DNA of 64,000 nt. Origin: an uncultured Thermomicrobium sp. (GTDB lineage Bacteria; Chloroflexota; Chloroflexia; Thermomicrobiales; Thermomicrobiaceae). Positions 54,467 to 63,901 of the stretch are shown here, one piece after another; within the stretch, counting starts at the first letter, position 1; each line of letters starts with the position of its first letter. The stretch spans positions 33,258 to 97,257 of the forward strand of contig CALIMB010000002.1 of the NCBI GenBank assembly GCA_938028665.1, written 5' to 3'. Made by a program: the position numbers and the translations under genes. The notes below the pieces were generated by a model, which was not told the origin of the DNA, made no database searches, and worked only from the letters and a program-made list of their open reading frames with translations.

Positions 54467-54835
54467 TCAGAGCGATGTGATGAGCGCATAATTGGTATCC
54501 GGCACCTGGCGCGCGTATTGCGGTTCCCCCGTATGGACATCAACGAGTATATGGACGCGCACAAGTAGGAGCTTGAGCACTGGGAGGAGCATCTTTGCTC
54601 CTTCGCTGTGGCGAATGCTGACCGTGACCATGCTTGGCCTTGCTTTGTCCTCTCCCACTACCCCAGTAGGTGCGCGTGCAGCGTCGCGAACCATCCTCTC
54701 GTTGGATGACGGGAACGGTGGTGTTGGCACGTCGATGGAGCTACCACTTTCACCGTGTCTACTCAGAGGCACGAGCTCAAGCAGTGGAAGGTCGTCCTTG
54801 TCGGCCAGTGTGCAGGGAGTTCCTCCGTGGCTCAA
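54467..54835 (-). CDS. possible Uma2/DUF820-family endonuclease remnant
   Basis: The C-terminal half RPSMVTVSIRHSEGAKMLLPVLKLLLVRVHILVDVHTGEPQYAR follows the Uma2 pattern PDLAVEVLSPSN..EM..K...Y...GV.EYWLVD...G.V.VYR. The N-terminal half is not convincing. Confidence 0.35.
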   Translation of the reverse strand: MSHGGTPCTLADKDDLPLLELVPLSRHGESGSSIDVPTPPFPSSNERMVRDAARAPTGVVGEDKARPSMVTVSIRHSEGAKMLLPVLKLLLVRVHILVDVHTGEPQYARQVPDTNYALITSL

Positions 54836-54924
54836 CGGGTCGGGGCAGGGAGGAGTGACCTTTGCTGGTCAAGAGCAAAGGGTTTGCCGAGGCGCGCGGT
54901 ATACTGGGCGGTGGGGTGTTGGTC

Positions 54925-56652
54925 ATGCCGATTGTCCGGCTTGATGAGGCGACCGTGCGCCGTATCGCGGCTGGCGAGGTCGTGGAGCGGCCTGCCTCGG
55001 TTGTCAAGGAGCTTGTCGAGAATGCATTAGACGCGGGCGCGCGCATGATCCGCGTTGAGGTCATTGCTGGCGGTCGTGAGCTGATCCGCGTTCAGGACGA
55101 TGGTTGCGGCATACCGGCAGAGGAGCTCCCGCTGGCGATCGAGCGGCACACGACCTCGAAGCTTCGTCGATTCGAGGATCTTGCGCACCTTTTGAGCTAC
55201 GGGTTTCGTGGCGAGGCACTGGCCGCAATAAGCGCGGTGAGCGACTTTGAGATTGTGTCCTGCACTCCGGGGGCGAGTTTTGGTGCGCGGTTACGTGTCC
55301 GGTTCGGGCAACCAGCGCGAGTGGAACCGGTTGGTGCAGCGCCCGGAACCGTCGTCACTGTTCGTGACCTTTTCGCAACCGTTCCAGCGCGGCGACGCTT
55401 TCTGCGGCAGGATGCAACCGAGGTCGCCTCTATCCAGCGTGCTCTGGCGGCCCTGGCCCTCGCGCACCCAGCTGTGCGGTTTGAGTTCATCGTTGATGGC
55501 CGATCGACTCTGGTCACACCGGGGAGCGGAAGCCTAGTCGATGTTCTTGCTGCGGTCTTTGGTCTTGAGACGGCGGCGCAGATTGTGCCAATTGAGACGG
55601 AGCCGCACGGCGAGGTGATGGTCACAGGGGCGGTCGGTCTTCCCGCAGTGTCTCGAGCAAACCGGCAGGCCTTCTTTCTGCTCGTCAACCAGCGCTGGGT
55701 CGAGAGTCGAACGCTGGTCGCGGCGGCCGAGCAGGCCTATCACACGCTTCTGATGGTGGGACGCTATCCGATCGGTGTGATCGCCATACAGCTTCCGCCG
55801 GAGCGAGTCGACGTCAATGTTCATCCGACCAAGCGTGAGGTGCGTTTTGCTGACGAGCGAGCAGTGGCGGCCGCTGTGCACGAGGCGGTTCGCCGGACGC
55901 TCCTGATGCACCTTCCCGTGCAGCCACCACCAGCGGTGACTTTCAGTCCGCTCTCCTCGCCAGCAGTGCAGCGTCGACTGCTCGTCGCAGATCCGACACG
56001 TGCCGAGCCGCTGATTGAGCGGTCAAATTCCGAATTGCCACCGGTGTCCCCGATTGAGGGCTCTGGGAAAGAGGGTGACCAGCGCTTACCCATTCTCCGT
56101 GTCCTTGGACAGGTGAAGCAGTCATACATCATTGCTGAGGGGCCGGATGGGATGTATTTAATTGACCAACACGCGGCCCACGAGCGGATTTTGCTTGAGC
56201 GTCTCTCGAACGAGCTTGCGACGCACGGAGTGGAGCAGCAGCGGCTCCTGGAACCACTGGTTCTGGAACTCACACCTGCACAACTTGAGGCGTTTGAGCG
56301 CTACGCGGACGAGTTAGCTCGTCTTGGCTGGGAGATCGAGCAGTTTGGTGGGGTGAGCGTCGCGGTCCGTGCAGTGCCGGCGGTCGTGCAGCGAAGTATC
56401 GAACGGGTTCTCCTGGCGGTTCTGGATGAGCTTGCGGTTGGTGGACGAGGAACAACGCCACTGGAGCAGGTGTTGATCAGCGTGGCCTGTCACTCGGCGA
56501 TTCGTGCGGGCCAAGAGCTCTCCCTGCCAGAGATGCGCGAGTTGATTCGCCAGCTGGAACAGTGCCAGACACCGCATGCCTGTGGGCATGGACGACCAAC
56601 GGTGGTGCATCTGAGTACCGAAGAGCTGGAGCGACAGTTCGGCCGGCGTTAG
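54925..56652 (+). CDS. mutL: DNA mismatch repair protein MutL
   Basis: [47 protein letters not shown], and C-terminal dimerisation domain motifs ([24 protein letters not shown]). ATG 54925 (ORF track lists 54862). Confidence 0.95.
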   Translation: [575 protein letters not shown]

Positions 56653-57386
56653 CGGCGACCTCGCTCACGTCCGATGCCCATATTCGTCCCTGGGACGCTG
56701 TCCTCATTGTCTTCGAGCTTGATCCAGCCATGCCGCAGTGCGTAGATGACAGCTTGTGTCCGGTCATTCACTTGAAGCTTGCGCAGGATCGAGGTGATGT
56801 GGTTCTTAACCGTCTGGTCGCTTATGTTGAGCACCTGTGCGATCTCTTTATTGCTGTATCCGCGAGCGACGCAATCAAGGATCTCGATTTCGCGGGGGGT
56901 CAAAGGAGAGAAGAAGCCGCTTGCGGTACGATCAAGACGGGACAGCTCACGAAACTGGTCGAGGACGCGGGAGGCGACGAACGGGCGAGAGAGTACCATC
57001 TCATTAATAAGGTATTCACCACGAGCAACGCGGACGATGATGTCGATGAGCTGCTCCGGCTCGATGTCTTTTGTACAGTAGGCGGATGCACCTGCACGGA
57101 TAGCGTTGAAGAGTTGCTCGTCGTCCTGGTGCATGGTCAGGATAATGACTCCTGCTTGTGGCTGTCGCCGCTTCAGCGCGCGTGCCACCTCGAGCCCGTT
57201 CATACCCGGTAAGCTGAGGTCAACGAGAATGACGTCTGGTGAGAGCTCGTCGGCAAGCCGCAGTGCCTCGCTTCCGTCAGGAGCCTCGCCCACGATCACA
57301 AACTGGGGATGTTGTTCCAAGCTCCAGCGGATACCGCTGCGGAAGAGGGGATGGTCGTCCACGATGAGGATATTGATTGGGCTCAT
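56649..57386 (-). CDS. NarL/LuxR-family response regulator
   Basis: REC domain (ILIVDDHPLFRSG..., DVILVDLSLPGMNG) plus LuxR HTH (LTPREIEILDCVARGYSNKEIAQVLNISDQTVKNH). 4-nt convergent overlap with mutL. Confidence 0.9.
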   Translation of the reverse strand: MSPINILIVDDHPLFRSGIRWSLEQHPQFVIVGEAPDGSEALRLADELSPDVILVDLSLPGMNGLEVARALKRRQPQAGVIILTMHQDDEQLFNAIRAGASAYCTKDIEPEQLIDIIVRVARGEYLINEMVLSRPFVASRVLDQFRELSRLDRTASGFFSPLTPREIEILDCVARGYSNKEIAQVLNISDQTVKNHITSILRKLQVNDRTQAVIYALRHGWIKLEDNEDSVPGTNMGIGRERGRR

Positions 57387-57400
57387 GCGATCCGCTCCTT

Positions 57401-58477
57401 CTATTGGGCCACTCTTGCTTCCTCAGCCGGCTCATTCTCGGTCTCACGAGCGCGTCCGCTCCTCGCCAGTGGAAGTCGCAATCGGATTGTGGTGCCGTGA
57501 CCGGGCTCACTCTGAATCTGAAGCTGGCCTCCGACAAGTTCGGCGCGTTCGCGCATCCCCTGAAGCCCGAAGCCACCACTCGAGGTTGGGACGACGGTTC
57601 CAGGGCGGAATCCCTGTCCGTCGTCGATCACCTCAATGACTATTTCGGACGGATGTACAGAGATCCTTAGCCAACAGTGCCGAGCATGAGCGTGGCGTTG
57701 CACGTTGTGGAGGGCTTCCTGAATGACCCGGAAGGCAGCCAGTTCCTGTTCCGGGGTTATCGCGGGGAGTGACTCAGGTAACTGGACAATCAGCTCGGCT
57801 GGAAAGTGGCGGCGTACACTCTCGGTGTAGAGTGCGATCGTCCGGAGTAGTCCGTGCTGTTGAAGTGTCGTGGGCTGGAGAGCGAACATGAACTGCCGCG
57901 TCTCGCTCAGTCCCTCGCGAAGTGCGGACTCAACGCGAGCGAGCTCTTGTTGAAAGAGTTCGCTGTGGGGATCGCTGCGCTCGGCCAGCCGTGCCAGGTA
58001 CTGAACGGTCAAGATAGCGTTGGCGAGTACCTGAGCTGGACCATCATGGATCTCCCGTGCCAGCCGTCGCCGTTCTTCTTCTTGCGCGCGCACCATCGCT
58101 TGCCGGACAAGTAAATCTTTGGCTGCATCCAGATCAGGGAGCGTTCCGCTCCCGCTTAACTGCTGACGACTCACCGCGAGCAGCTGCAAGAATCCTGCGA
58201 GCTGCCGGCTGAGCGCTTGCGCCCGGACCAGTTCACTTACGACCTGATCCTCCAAGGCGCGAAGCTCCGCCAGTTCTTCCTCAGAGAGGTGCCCTGCCGT
58301 GTCGACCAGTCGTTCCTCCAGTCGAAGCTGGGCACGAATCCGCTGCTGTTCGAGTTCTTCTACGAGCGTATCAACGCGAGCGCGGATGGTTGTCACACGA
58401 TGCTCCAAACTGGAGACTGCTTCCTCCGCCTCTCGCGTGAGGTTGCTCAGGATATGCGCAATACTTTCACTCACCAT
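57401..58477 (-). CDS. cytoplasmic HisKA_3 sensor histidine kinase (DegS-like)
   Basis: H-box LAREIHDGPAQVL and HATPase motifs (EALHNVQRHA, DDGQGF, GGFGLQGMRERA). The N-terminal half is coiled-coil with no TM segment. ATG 58477 was chosen; the ORF-track start 58717 adds non-homologous sequence. Confidence 0.8.
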   Translation of the reverse strand: MVSESIAHILSNLTREAEEAVSSLEHRVTTIRARVDTLVEELEQQRIRAQLRLEERLVDTAGHLSEEELAELRALEDQVVSELVRAQALSRQLAGFLQLLAVSRQQLSGSGTLPDLDAAKDLLVRQAMVRAQEEERRRLAREIHDGPAQVLANAILTVQYLARLAERSDPHSELFQQELARVESALREGLSETRQFMFALQPTTLQQHGLLRTIALYTESVRRHFPAELIVQLPESLPAITPEQELAAFRVIQEALHNVQRHAHARHCWLRISVHPSEIVIEVIDDGQGFRPGTVVPTSSGGFGLQGMRERAELVGGQLQIQSEPGHGTTIRLRLPLARSGRARETENEPAEEARVAQ

Positions 58478-58619
58478 CGTCACCGTTCTCTGCCGGTGCT
58501 GGACGGCCCGAGAGTTCTCACCTTGGGGAAACGTCGTGCTCACGGTTGCCGTCGTTGCTTTATCATACCATCGCGGCCTCTTCAGCGTCGTGCACGAACG
58601 CTGATCTTGGACTCTTGTG

Positions 58620-59465
58620 TCATTTTGTGAGGAGACTTCGGAGTACTCGCAAGTTTTCCACGTCCTCGTGCATATCGGGACTCTTTTCGGTTTCCAGCAA
58701 TCCTGGGTGATCAGCAAACCGCGGGTCGTTCACCAGGAGACGGAATCCCTCTAGGCCAATCTTTCCTTTCCCAATATGCTCGTGTCGATCAATACGCGAT
58801 CCCAATTCGCGTTTCGAGTCGTTGAGATGAAAGACGAAGAGCCGGTCTAGCCCGAGGATGCGGTCAAATTCCTGCATTGTCTGTGTATAGCCCTCTGGAG
58901 TGCGGAGCTCGTATCCCGCAGCAAAAACATGACAGGTATCGAAGCAGTAGCCCACGCGCTCTGGTTCGCGAACGCGCTGCACGATCGCTGCAAGTTGCTC
59001 AAAGCGGTAACCAAGGCTGCTGCCTTGCCCCGCAGTGGTCTCGAGAAGCGTCATAACACGATAGCCGGGAAGGTCCGCGTGTAGACGGTTCAGTGCCTCA
59101 GCGACTCGCTGGATGCCGAATTCCAGCCCCGCATCGCCGAACGATCCCGGATGGGTGACCAAATAAGGAATGCCGAGCATCTCACAGCGCTCTAGTTCTT
59201 CACGAAACGCAGCAATCGATTTCTCCCACAGTGCATTGTCCGGACTGGCCAGATTGATAAGGTAACTGTCATGGGCTACGACAGGAAGACTGTAGCGGAC
59301 TGCCTTCTCCCGGAATCGTTCGATCTCGTCTGAGGTCAGTGGGCGCGCTTTCCATTGATTACTGCTCTTGGTGAAGAGCTGGACCGCTTCGCAACCGATT
59401 TCGATGGCTCGATCAATTGCTCGATCGACACCGCCCGCGATCGACATGTGCGCTCCAAATCGCAC
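58620..59465 (-). CDS. nfo: deoxyribonuclease IV (endonuclease IV)
   Basis: RFGAHMSIAGG N-terminus, and metal ligands HDSYLINL, VTHPGS, LETTAG, CFDTCH, HLNDS. GTG 59465 lies 7 nt after AAGGAG. The ORF-track version is 86 aa too long. Confidence 0.9.
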   Translation of the reverse strand: MRFGAHMSIAGGVDRAIDRAIEIGCEAVQLFTKSSNQWKARPLTSDEIERFREKAVRYSLPVVAHDSYLINLASPDNALWEKSIAAFREELERCEMLGIPYLVTHPGSFGDAGLEFGIQRVAEALNRLHADLPGYRVMTLLETTAGQGSSLGYRFEQLAAIVQRVREPERVGYCFDTCHVFAAGYELRTPEGYTQTMQEFDRILGLDRLFVFHLNDSKRELGSRIDRHEHIGKGKIGLEGFRLLVNDPRFADHPGLLETEKSPDMHEDVENLRVLRSLLTK

Positions 59466-59562
59466 TGTGACACTCCTTTCTCTTTCTCGCCATGTCCTCG
59501 AGGCATCTCTCCACCTCGAGGGTATAGTAGCGTGCTGGAGCACACGAGGATGGGGATGAGCG

Positions 59563-60405
59563 ATGCGCGTGCTGGTGACTGGTGGGCATGGACAACTTGG
59601 TCGGGCACTCCTGCGTACAGCTCCAGCGGGGATGGAAGTGGTCGCACTTGGTTCGAGTAAATGCGATGTCACAGATCCGGCAGCCGTCCGTGCAATTGTG
59701 GCGCAGCTTGAGCCGGAGCTCATTGTCCATTGTGCAGCCTGGACAGACGTCGATGGTTGCGAGCGTCACCCGGAGCGCGCTTGGCGAGTCAATGCTCTCG
59801 GCACACAGCACGTCGCGACAGCGTGTGCTGAAGCAGGTGCTGTCCTCGTGTACCTTTCGACGAACTACGTTTTTGACGGTGAACGTGATGAGCCATATCA
59901 CGAGTTTGATCGGCCGAACCCGCTCAGTGTCTATGGGGCAAGTAAGCTGGCTGGGGAAGAGGTCGTACGCGCACTCTGTCCGCGGCACGCTATTGTGCGC
60001 ACGGCGATGCTCTATGACGCGCACAGCCGGAACTTTGTGACAACGGTTCTGCGGCTTGCTGGTGAGCAGGCGCGCTTGCGGATGGTCGCAGATCAATACG
60101 GGAGCCCCACATTTGTTGACGATCTTGCCCGCGCCCTCTGGCAGTTGGTGGCTCAGCCAGCCTACGGGACGTTTCACCTGGTCAACCAGGGAGCGGTGTC
60201 GTGGTACGAGTGGGCTGTAGCCGTGCTCGAGTTGCTCGATCTCGCTGTGCCTGTCGACCCGATTCCAGCCAGCGCGTTCCGCCGTGCGGCACGTCCACCG
60301 CGGAACGGTGCGCTCACGAGTTTGGCAGCTCCCGCACTGGGGATTGTCATGCCCGACTGGCGGGATGCGCTTGCGCGGTGTCTGGCGCCTCTCCGTACGC
60401 ACTGA
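59563..60405 (+). CDS. rfbD: dTDP-4-dehydrorhamnose reductase
   Basis: MRVLVTGGHGQLG, STNYVFDG, YGASKLAGE (YxxxK), DQYGSPT. Confidence 0.9.
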   Translation: MRVLVTGGHGQLGRALLRTAPAGMEVVALGSSKCDVTDPAAVRAIVAQLEPELIVHCAAWTDVDGCERHPERAWRVNALGTQHVATACAEAGAVLVYLSTNYVFDGERDEPYHEFDRPNPLSVYGASKLAGEEVVRALCPRHAIVRTAMLYDAHSRNFVTTVLRLAGEQARLRMVADQYGSPTFVDDLARALWQLVAQPAYGTFHLVNQGAVSWYEWAVAVLELLDLAVPVDPIPASAFRRAARPPRNGALTSLAAPALGIVMPDWRDALARCLAPLRTH

Positions 60406-62095
60406 GACGTGCAAACCGGGTGTGGTCCGGTATCCGCAGAGTCCAGGCGAGTGAGGCGAGGTTCAACATCAGGACACCCGCCGAGAGACTAAGGATCCAA
60501 GGTAGCGCATCCAGGATGAAAGGACGTCGGATGACGTTGGCTTGCAAGACTCCGCCGCTCCTACTTTCTGCCGTCACAAAGAGTGTGTGAGGCGCGTCCG
60601 CGATCCCTTTCACAACTGTGATGCGCTGCGGTGAAGGACCAGTCACCGCAAGGGAGCGCGGCGGCTGGTCGTCAACCCGTACGGTGATCCGTGTGCCCGG
60701 AAGGAGCGTCAGGTCCACCCGCGGGCCGCCGAAGGGAAAGACAAGCTGCGCGCCTTCTCGCGTGGGAGCCCACGCGGTACCGAACGGTGTTTGGAGAAGT
60801 TCCCAGTCTGCAGTGGCGCTCCAGTATCGGCTGGTTGCGGGATAGGCGCCAGTCCAGGCCCGATCCAACACGGGACGTACATGGGAGAGAAGTTGGTAGG
60901 CGGGCCGCGGAGTGAAATCCCATTCGACGATGGCAAACCCACGCGTTGGGTCGGCCCAGTTCTCTGGATCATCGGGTGGAAGCCACCATCGGAAATACCA
61001 GATGCAGAGGACACCAAGCCAGGGCCATTCTCGTTGTGCGCGGAGATAGCCCTCATAGAGGTAGCGGGCTTGTTGCTCCAAGGATACGGGACGTCCCCAG
61101 ACCGAGGGACGCCCCTGCCAGTCTGGTGGGAAGGCGACCCAATTGTATTCGGAGACCCAGAGTGGTTTCGCCGCGTCACCGTGGCGGATCATGATCTCGC
61201 GTGTCTGGACGATGCGGGAGAAGTTGTTGCGGGCGAAGTCAACGCGGCGGTCATCCGGTGGGTACCCATATCCGTAGATCATGGCACTGGCGATGTCGAA
61301 GTATGGGGCTGCACCGGCCTGGTACATTCCCTCAAGAAAAAGGAGGTCACTGAGGTTATCCGGCCCAGTCTGGTCGGTCGGCGCGAGTCCAGGCATGAGC
61401 ACCAGGACATGCGGATCGGTATCTTTTGCTGCCCGATAAGCCAGGGCGAGGAGCCGGGTAAAGGCGGCAGGATCGATTGGCTGACAGCCCCACTCGTTCC
61501 GGAGATTCGGCTCGTTCCAGATCTGCACGTAGCGAATTTGTCCGCGATACCGCGACACAACCGCCTGAACAAAGCGGGCATAGTCCTCGTAGCGGGTTGG
61601 CGGTCCATCAGGGCATTCCTCAAGGTGCGGTTGACCTTCCCGTGCCCAACGGGGTGGTTTATCGAGTCGCGCAATGATTTCCAGCCCACGCTCGCGGGCT
61701 AGCCGAACAATCCGATCGTACTTTTCCCAGGTACTGATCCCCCACTTCTCGTCCCAAAACACGCCCGGGTGGGGCTCGATCTCATACCAGAAGAAGGGCT
61801 GACGGATATAGCTGAAGCCTGCGGCGGCAATCATGTCGAGCATCTGGGCAACACGCTCAGGATCGGGCTCGGCTTGCAGGAACGTGTTGATTCCAAGTGG
61901 GTTGACATCGGTTAGGGGAATCGGTGTCACATCCTCTCCTGTTTCGATCCCCCGGACTACAACTCGATGCGCGATGAAGCTCAGCGGCAGCGCGGCAGCA
62001 AGTCCAGCGATCACGAGGAGATGCAAGAACACCACAGCCCAATAGCCTGGCCGTGCCCGCAACGCTTCCCACAGGTGACCAAAGTACCCCATCAT
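60347..62095 (-). CDS. membrane-anchored clan GH-A glycoside hydrolase (cellulase/GH5-39-like)
   Basis: N-terminal TM, a TIM-barrel region with YVQIWNEPN (acid/base NEP) and VSEYNW (nucleophile-type), and a C-terminal TM. Its 3' end overlaps rfbD by 59 nt (convergent). Confidence 0.7.
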   Translation of the reverse strand: MMGYFGHLWEALRARPGYWAVVFLHLLVIAGLAAALPLSFIAHRVVVRGIETGEDVTPIPLTDVNPLGINTFLQAEPDPERVAQMLDMIAAAGFSYIRQPFFWYEIEPHPGVFWDEKWGISTWEKYDRIVRLARERGLEIIARLDKPPRWAREGQPHLEECPDGPPTRYEDYARFVQAVVSRYRGQIRYVQIWNEPNLRNEWGCQPIDPAAFTRLLALAYRAAKDTDPHVLVLMPGLAPTDQTGPDNLSDLLFLEGMYQAGAAPYFDIASAMIYGYGYPPDDRRVDFARNNFSRIVQTREIMIRHGDAAKPLWVSEYNWVAFPPDWQGRPSVWGRPVSLEQQARYLYEGYLRAQREWPWLGVLCIWYFRWWLPPDDPENWADPTRGFAIVEWDFTPRPAYQLLSHVRPVLDRAWTGAYPATSRYWSATADWELLQTPFGTAWAPTREGAQLVFPFGGPRVDLTLLPGTRITVRVDDQPPRSLAVTGPSPQRITVVKGIADAPHTLFVTAESRSGGVLQANVIRRPFILDALPWILSLSAGVLMLNLASLAWTLRIPDHTRFARLSAYGEAPDTAQAHPASRA

Positions 62096-62199
62096 TCCCC
62101 TTCACCGTTCTCTTGCAGAGGATACTGAAGGAGGACAGAGGGCGCGTCGCTGGTTGACCAAAGATTGCCGTGCACCGTAGGCTTGCTGTCAGGGGTTCA

Positions 62200-62910
62200 A
62201 TGGCAATCCGTCTTGTGCTGTTCGATCTTGACGATACGCTTTGCGATCACAGCGCGTCGTTCCGGTTACGCGTCCAGCGGGCACTTGCGGTGATCCCGGC
62301 GGATCGCCTGACGCTTCCGCCGCAGACGGTGGTAGAGGCCGCTCTCATCCAGCCCAGTCACACCTGGGAGGGACTAGAGCACGTGTTGGTACAAGCTGGA
62401 GCGACCGATCCGGAACTGTTGGAGCGCGCCTTCGCGGCTTATACAAGCGACCGTTTCTTTGGCCTCGAGCTATTCCCGGACAGCCTGTCAGTCGTGCGGG
62501 GGCTGCAACGGCGGTTGCTGACTGGGCTTGTGACCAATGGCCCGAGCGTCATTCAACGGGCGAAGCTGGAGCGCCTCGGGATTGAGCACCTCTTTCCCAT
62601 CGTTGTGGTCTCCGAAGAGATTGGGGTGGCCAAGCCAGATCCCGCGATCTTTGCGCACGCACTTGCTCTGGCTGGTGTACGGCCGGAAGAGGCGCTGTAC
62701 GTTGGTGACCATCCACTGAATGATGTCATAGGGGCTCGCCGAGCCGGATTAGTCAGTGTGTGGTGTGATCGCTTTGGGCGGCAATGGACGAGGGAGGAGC
62801 GACCACCACTGGTCATTCGCTCTCTCTGGGAACTCTACTGTATAGTCGAGCGCTGGGCGAGTGGCGACGCGAGTGAGCCGCGACCAGGCGGTATACTGGG
62901 TCTCGGCTGA
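62200..62910 (+). CDS. HAD-superfamily hydrolase
   Basis: Motif I LFDLDDTL, motif II LVTNG, motif III-IV K...VGDHPLNDV. ATG 62200 (ORF track lists 62170). Confidence 0.85.
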   Translation: MAIRLVLFDLDDTLCDHSASFRLRVQRALAVIPADRLTLPPQTVVEAALIQPSHTWEGLEHVLVQAGATDPELLERAFAAYTSDRFFGLELFPDSLSVVRGLQRRLLTGLVTNGPSVIQRAKLERLGIEHLFPIVVVSEEIGVAKPDPAIFAHALALAGVRPEEALYVGDHPLNDVIGARRAGLVSVWCDRFGRQWTREERPPLVIRSLWELYCIVERWASGDASEPRPGGILGLG

Positions 62911-62938
62911 GGCGCCAGGGTGCGCAAGGAGGCGAGAG

Positions 62939-63901
62939 ATGACCGTAGCGGCAACCGAGAAACGGATCATCGTGGCCGAGGTGATGGGTTATTGCTGGGG
63001 TGTCCGGCGGGCACTTGAGATCATTCAGCAGGCTGCCCGACAGGGGCCGGTGGCGACAGTGGGAGATGTCATCCATAACCCGCAGGTCGTTGAGCGGTTG
63101 CGGGCGCAGGGGATCGAACCGGTGAGCTCGGTTGCCGAGGCACGGGAGCGTGGATTCCGGCGGGTGGCGGTCACCGCGCACGGTGCGGGGCCCCAGCGGG
63201 CGCAGGAAGCCCAAACAGCAGGACTGGAACTTATTGATACAACTTGCCCGTTAGTCACCAAAGTGCAGCGACTTGGGGAGAAGCTTGTGCGCCAGGGATA
63301 CTTCCTGGTCGTGTACGGTGATGCGCATCATCCGGAGGTTCGCGGTGTCTTGGGCTGGGCGGGGACGAGTCGAGCGGTAGCGGCGAAGCACCTTGAGGAT
63401 CTCCCATGGAACGGTCCCCGCGGAATGCCAGGAGTCGTGGCGCCGCCGCGGAAAGTTGCTGTTGTCAGCCAGACGACGAAGCAGACAGACGAGTTTCTTG
63501 CTTTTGCACTTGCGTTAACGAATTGGGTGGCACGCCACGGTGGTGAGATCCGTATTGTCAACACGATCTGTCAGCCGACGTGGGAGCGGCAGGAAGCATT
63601 GCGAGCACTGGCCCGGGAAGTAGAGGTTCTCTTTGCGGTCGGTGGTCGGAAGAGTTCAAACACAGCACGTCTTGCCGAAGTTGGTTGGTCTTGTGGTGTC
63701 CCCAGTTATCATATTGAGCGATCGGAGGAGATTGACCCTGCCTGGTTGGAAGGAAAGCGCATTGTTGGGATCACGGCGGGGGCGTCGACGCCGGACGAGG
63801 TTGTCCTCGCTGTCATTGATCGACTAGTTGCCCTAGGGTATCAGCGGCCGGAGCGTCTCTGGCGCTACCAGGCGCCAGATCTAGAAGACTTTGCAGAATG
63901 A
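62939..63901 (+). CDS. ispH: 4-hydroxy-3-methylbut-2-enyl diphosphate reductase
   Basis: GYCWGVRRAL, TCPLVTKV, NTICQPT (three Fe-S Cys), VVGGRKSSNT. ATG 62939 lies 6 nt after AAGGAGG. Confidence 0.95.
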   Translation: MTVAATEKRIIVAEVMGYCWGVRRALEIIQQAARQGPVATVGDVIHNPQVVERLRAQGIEPVSSVAEARERGFRRVAVTAHGAGPQRAQEAQTAGLELIDTTCPLVTKVQRLGEKLVRQGYFLVVYGDAHHPEVRGVLGWAGTSRAVAAKHLEDLPWNGPRGMPGVVAPPRKVAVVSQTTKQTDEFLAFALALTNWVARHGGEIRIVNTICQPTWERQEALRALAREVEVLFAVGGRKSSNTARLAEVGWSCGVPSYHIERSEEIDPAWLEGKRIVGITAGASTPDEVVLAVIDRLVALGYQRPERLWRYQAPDLEDFAE

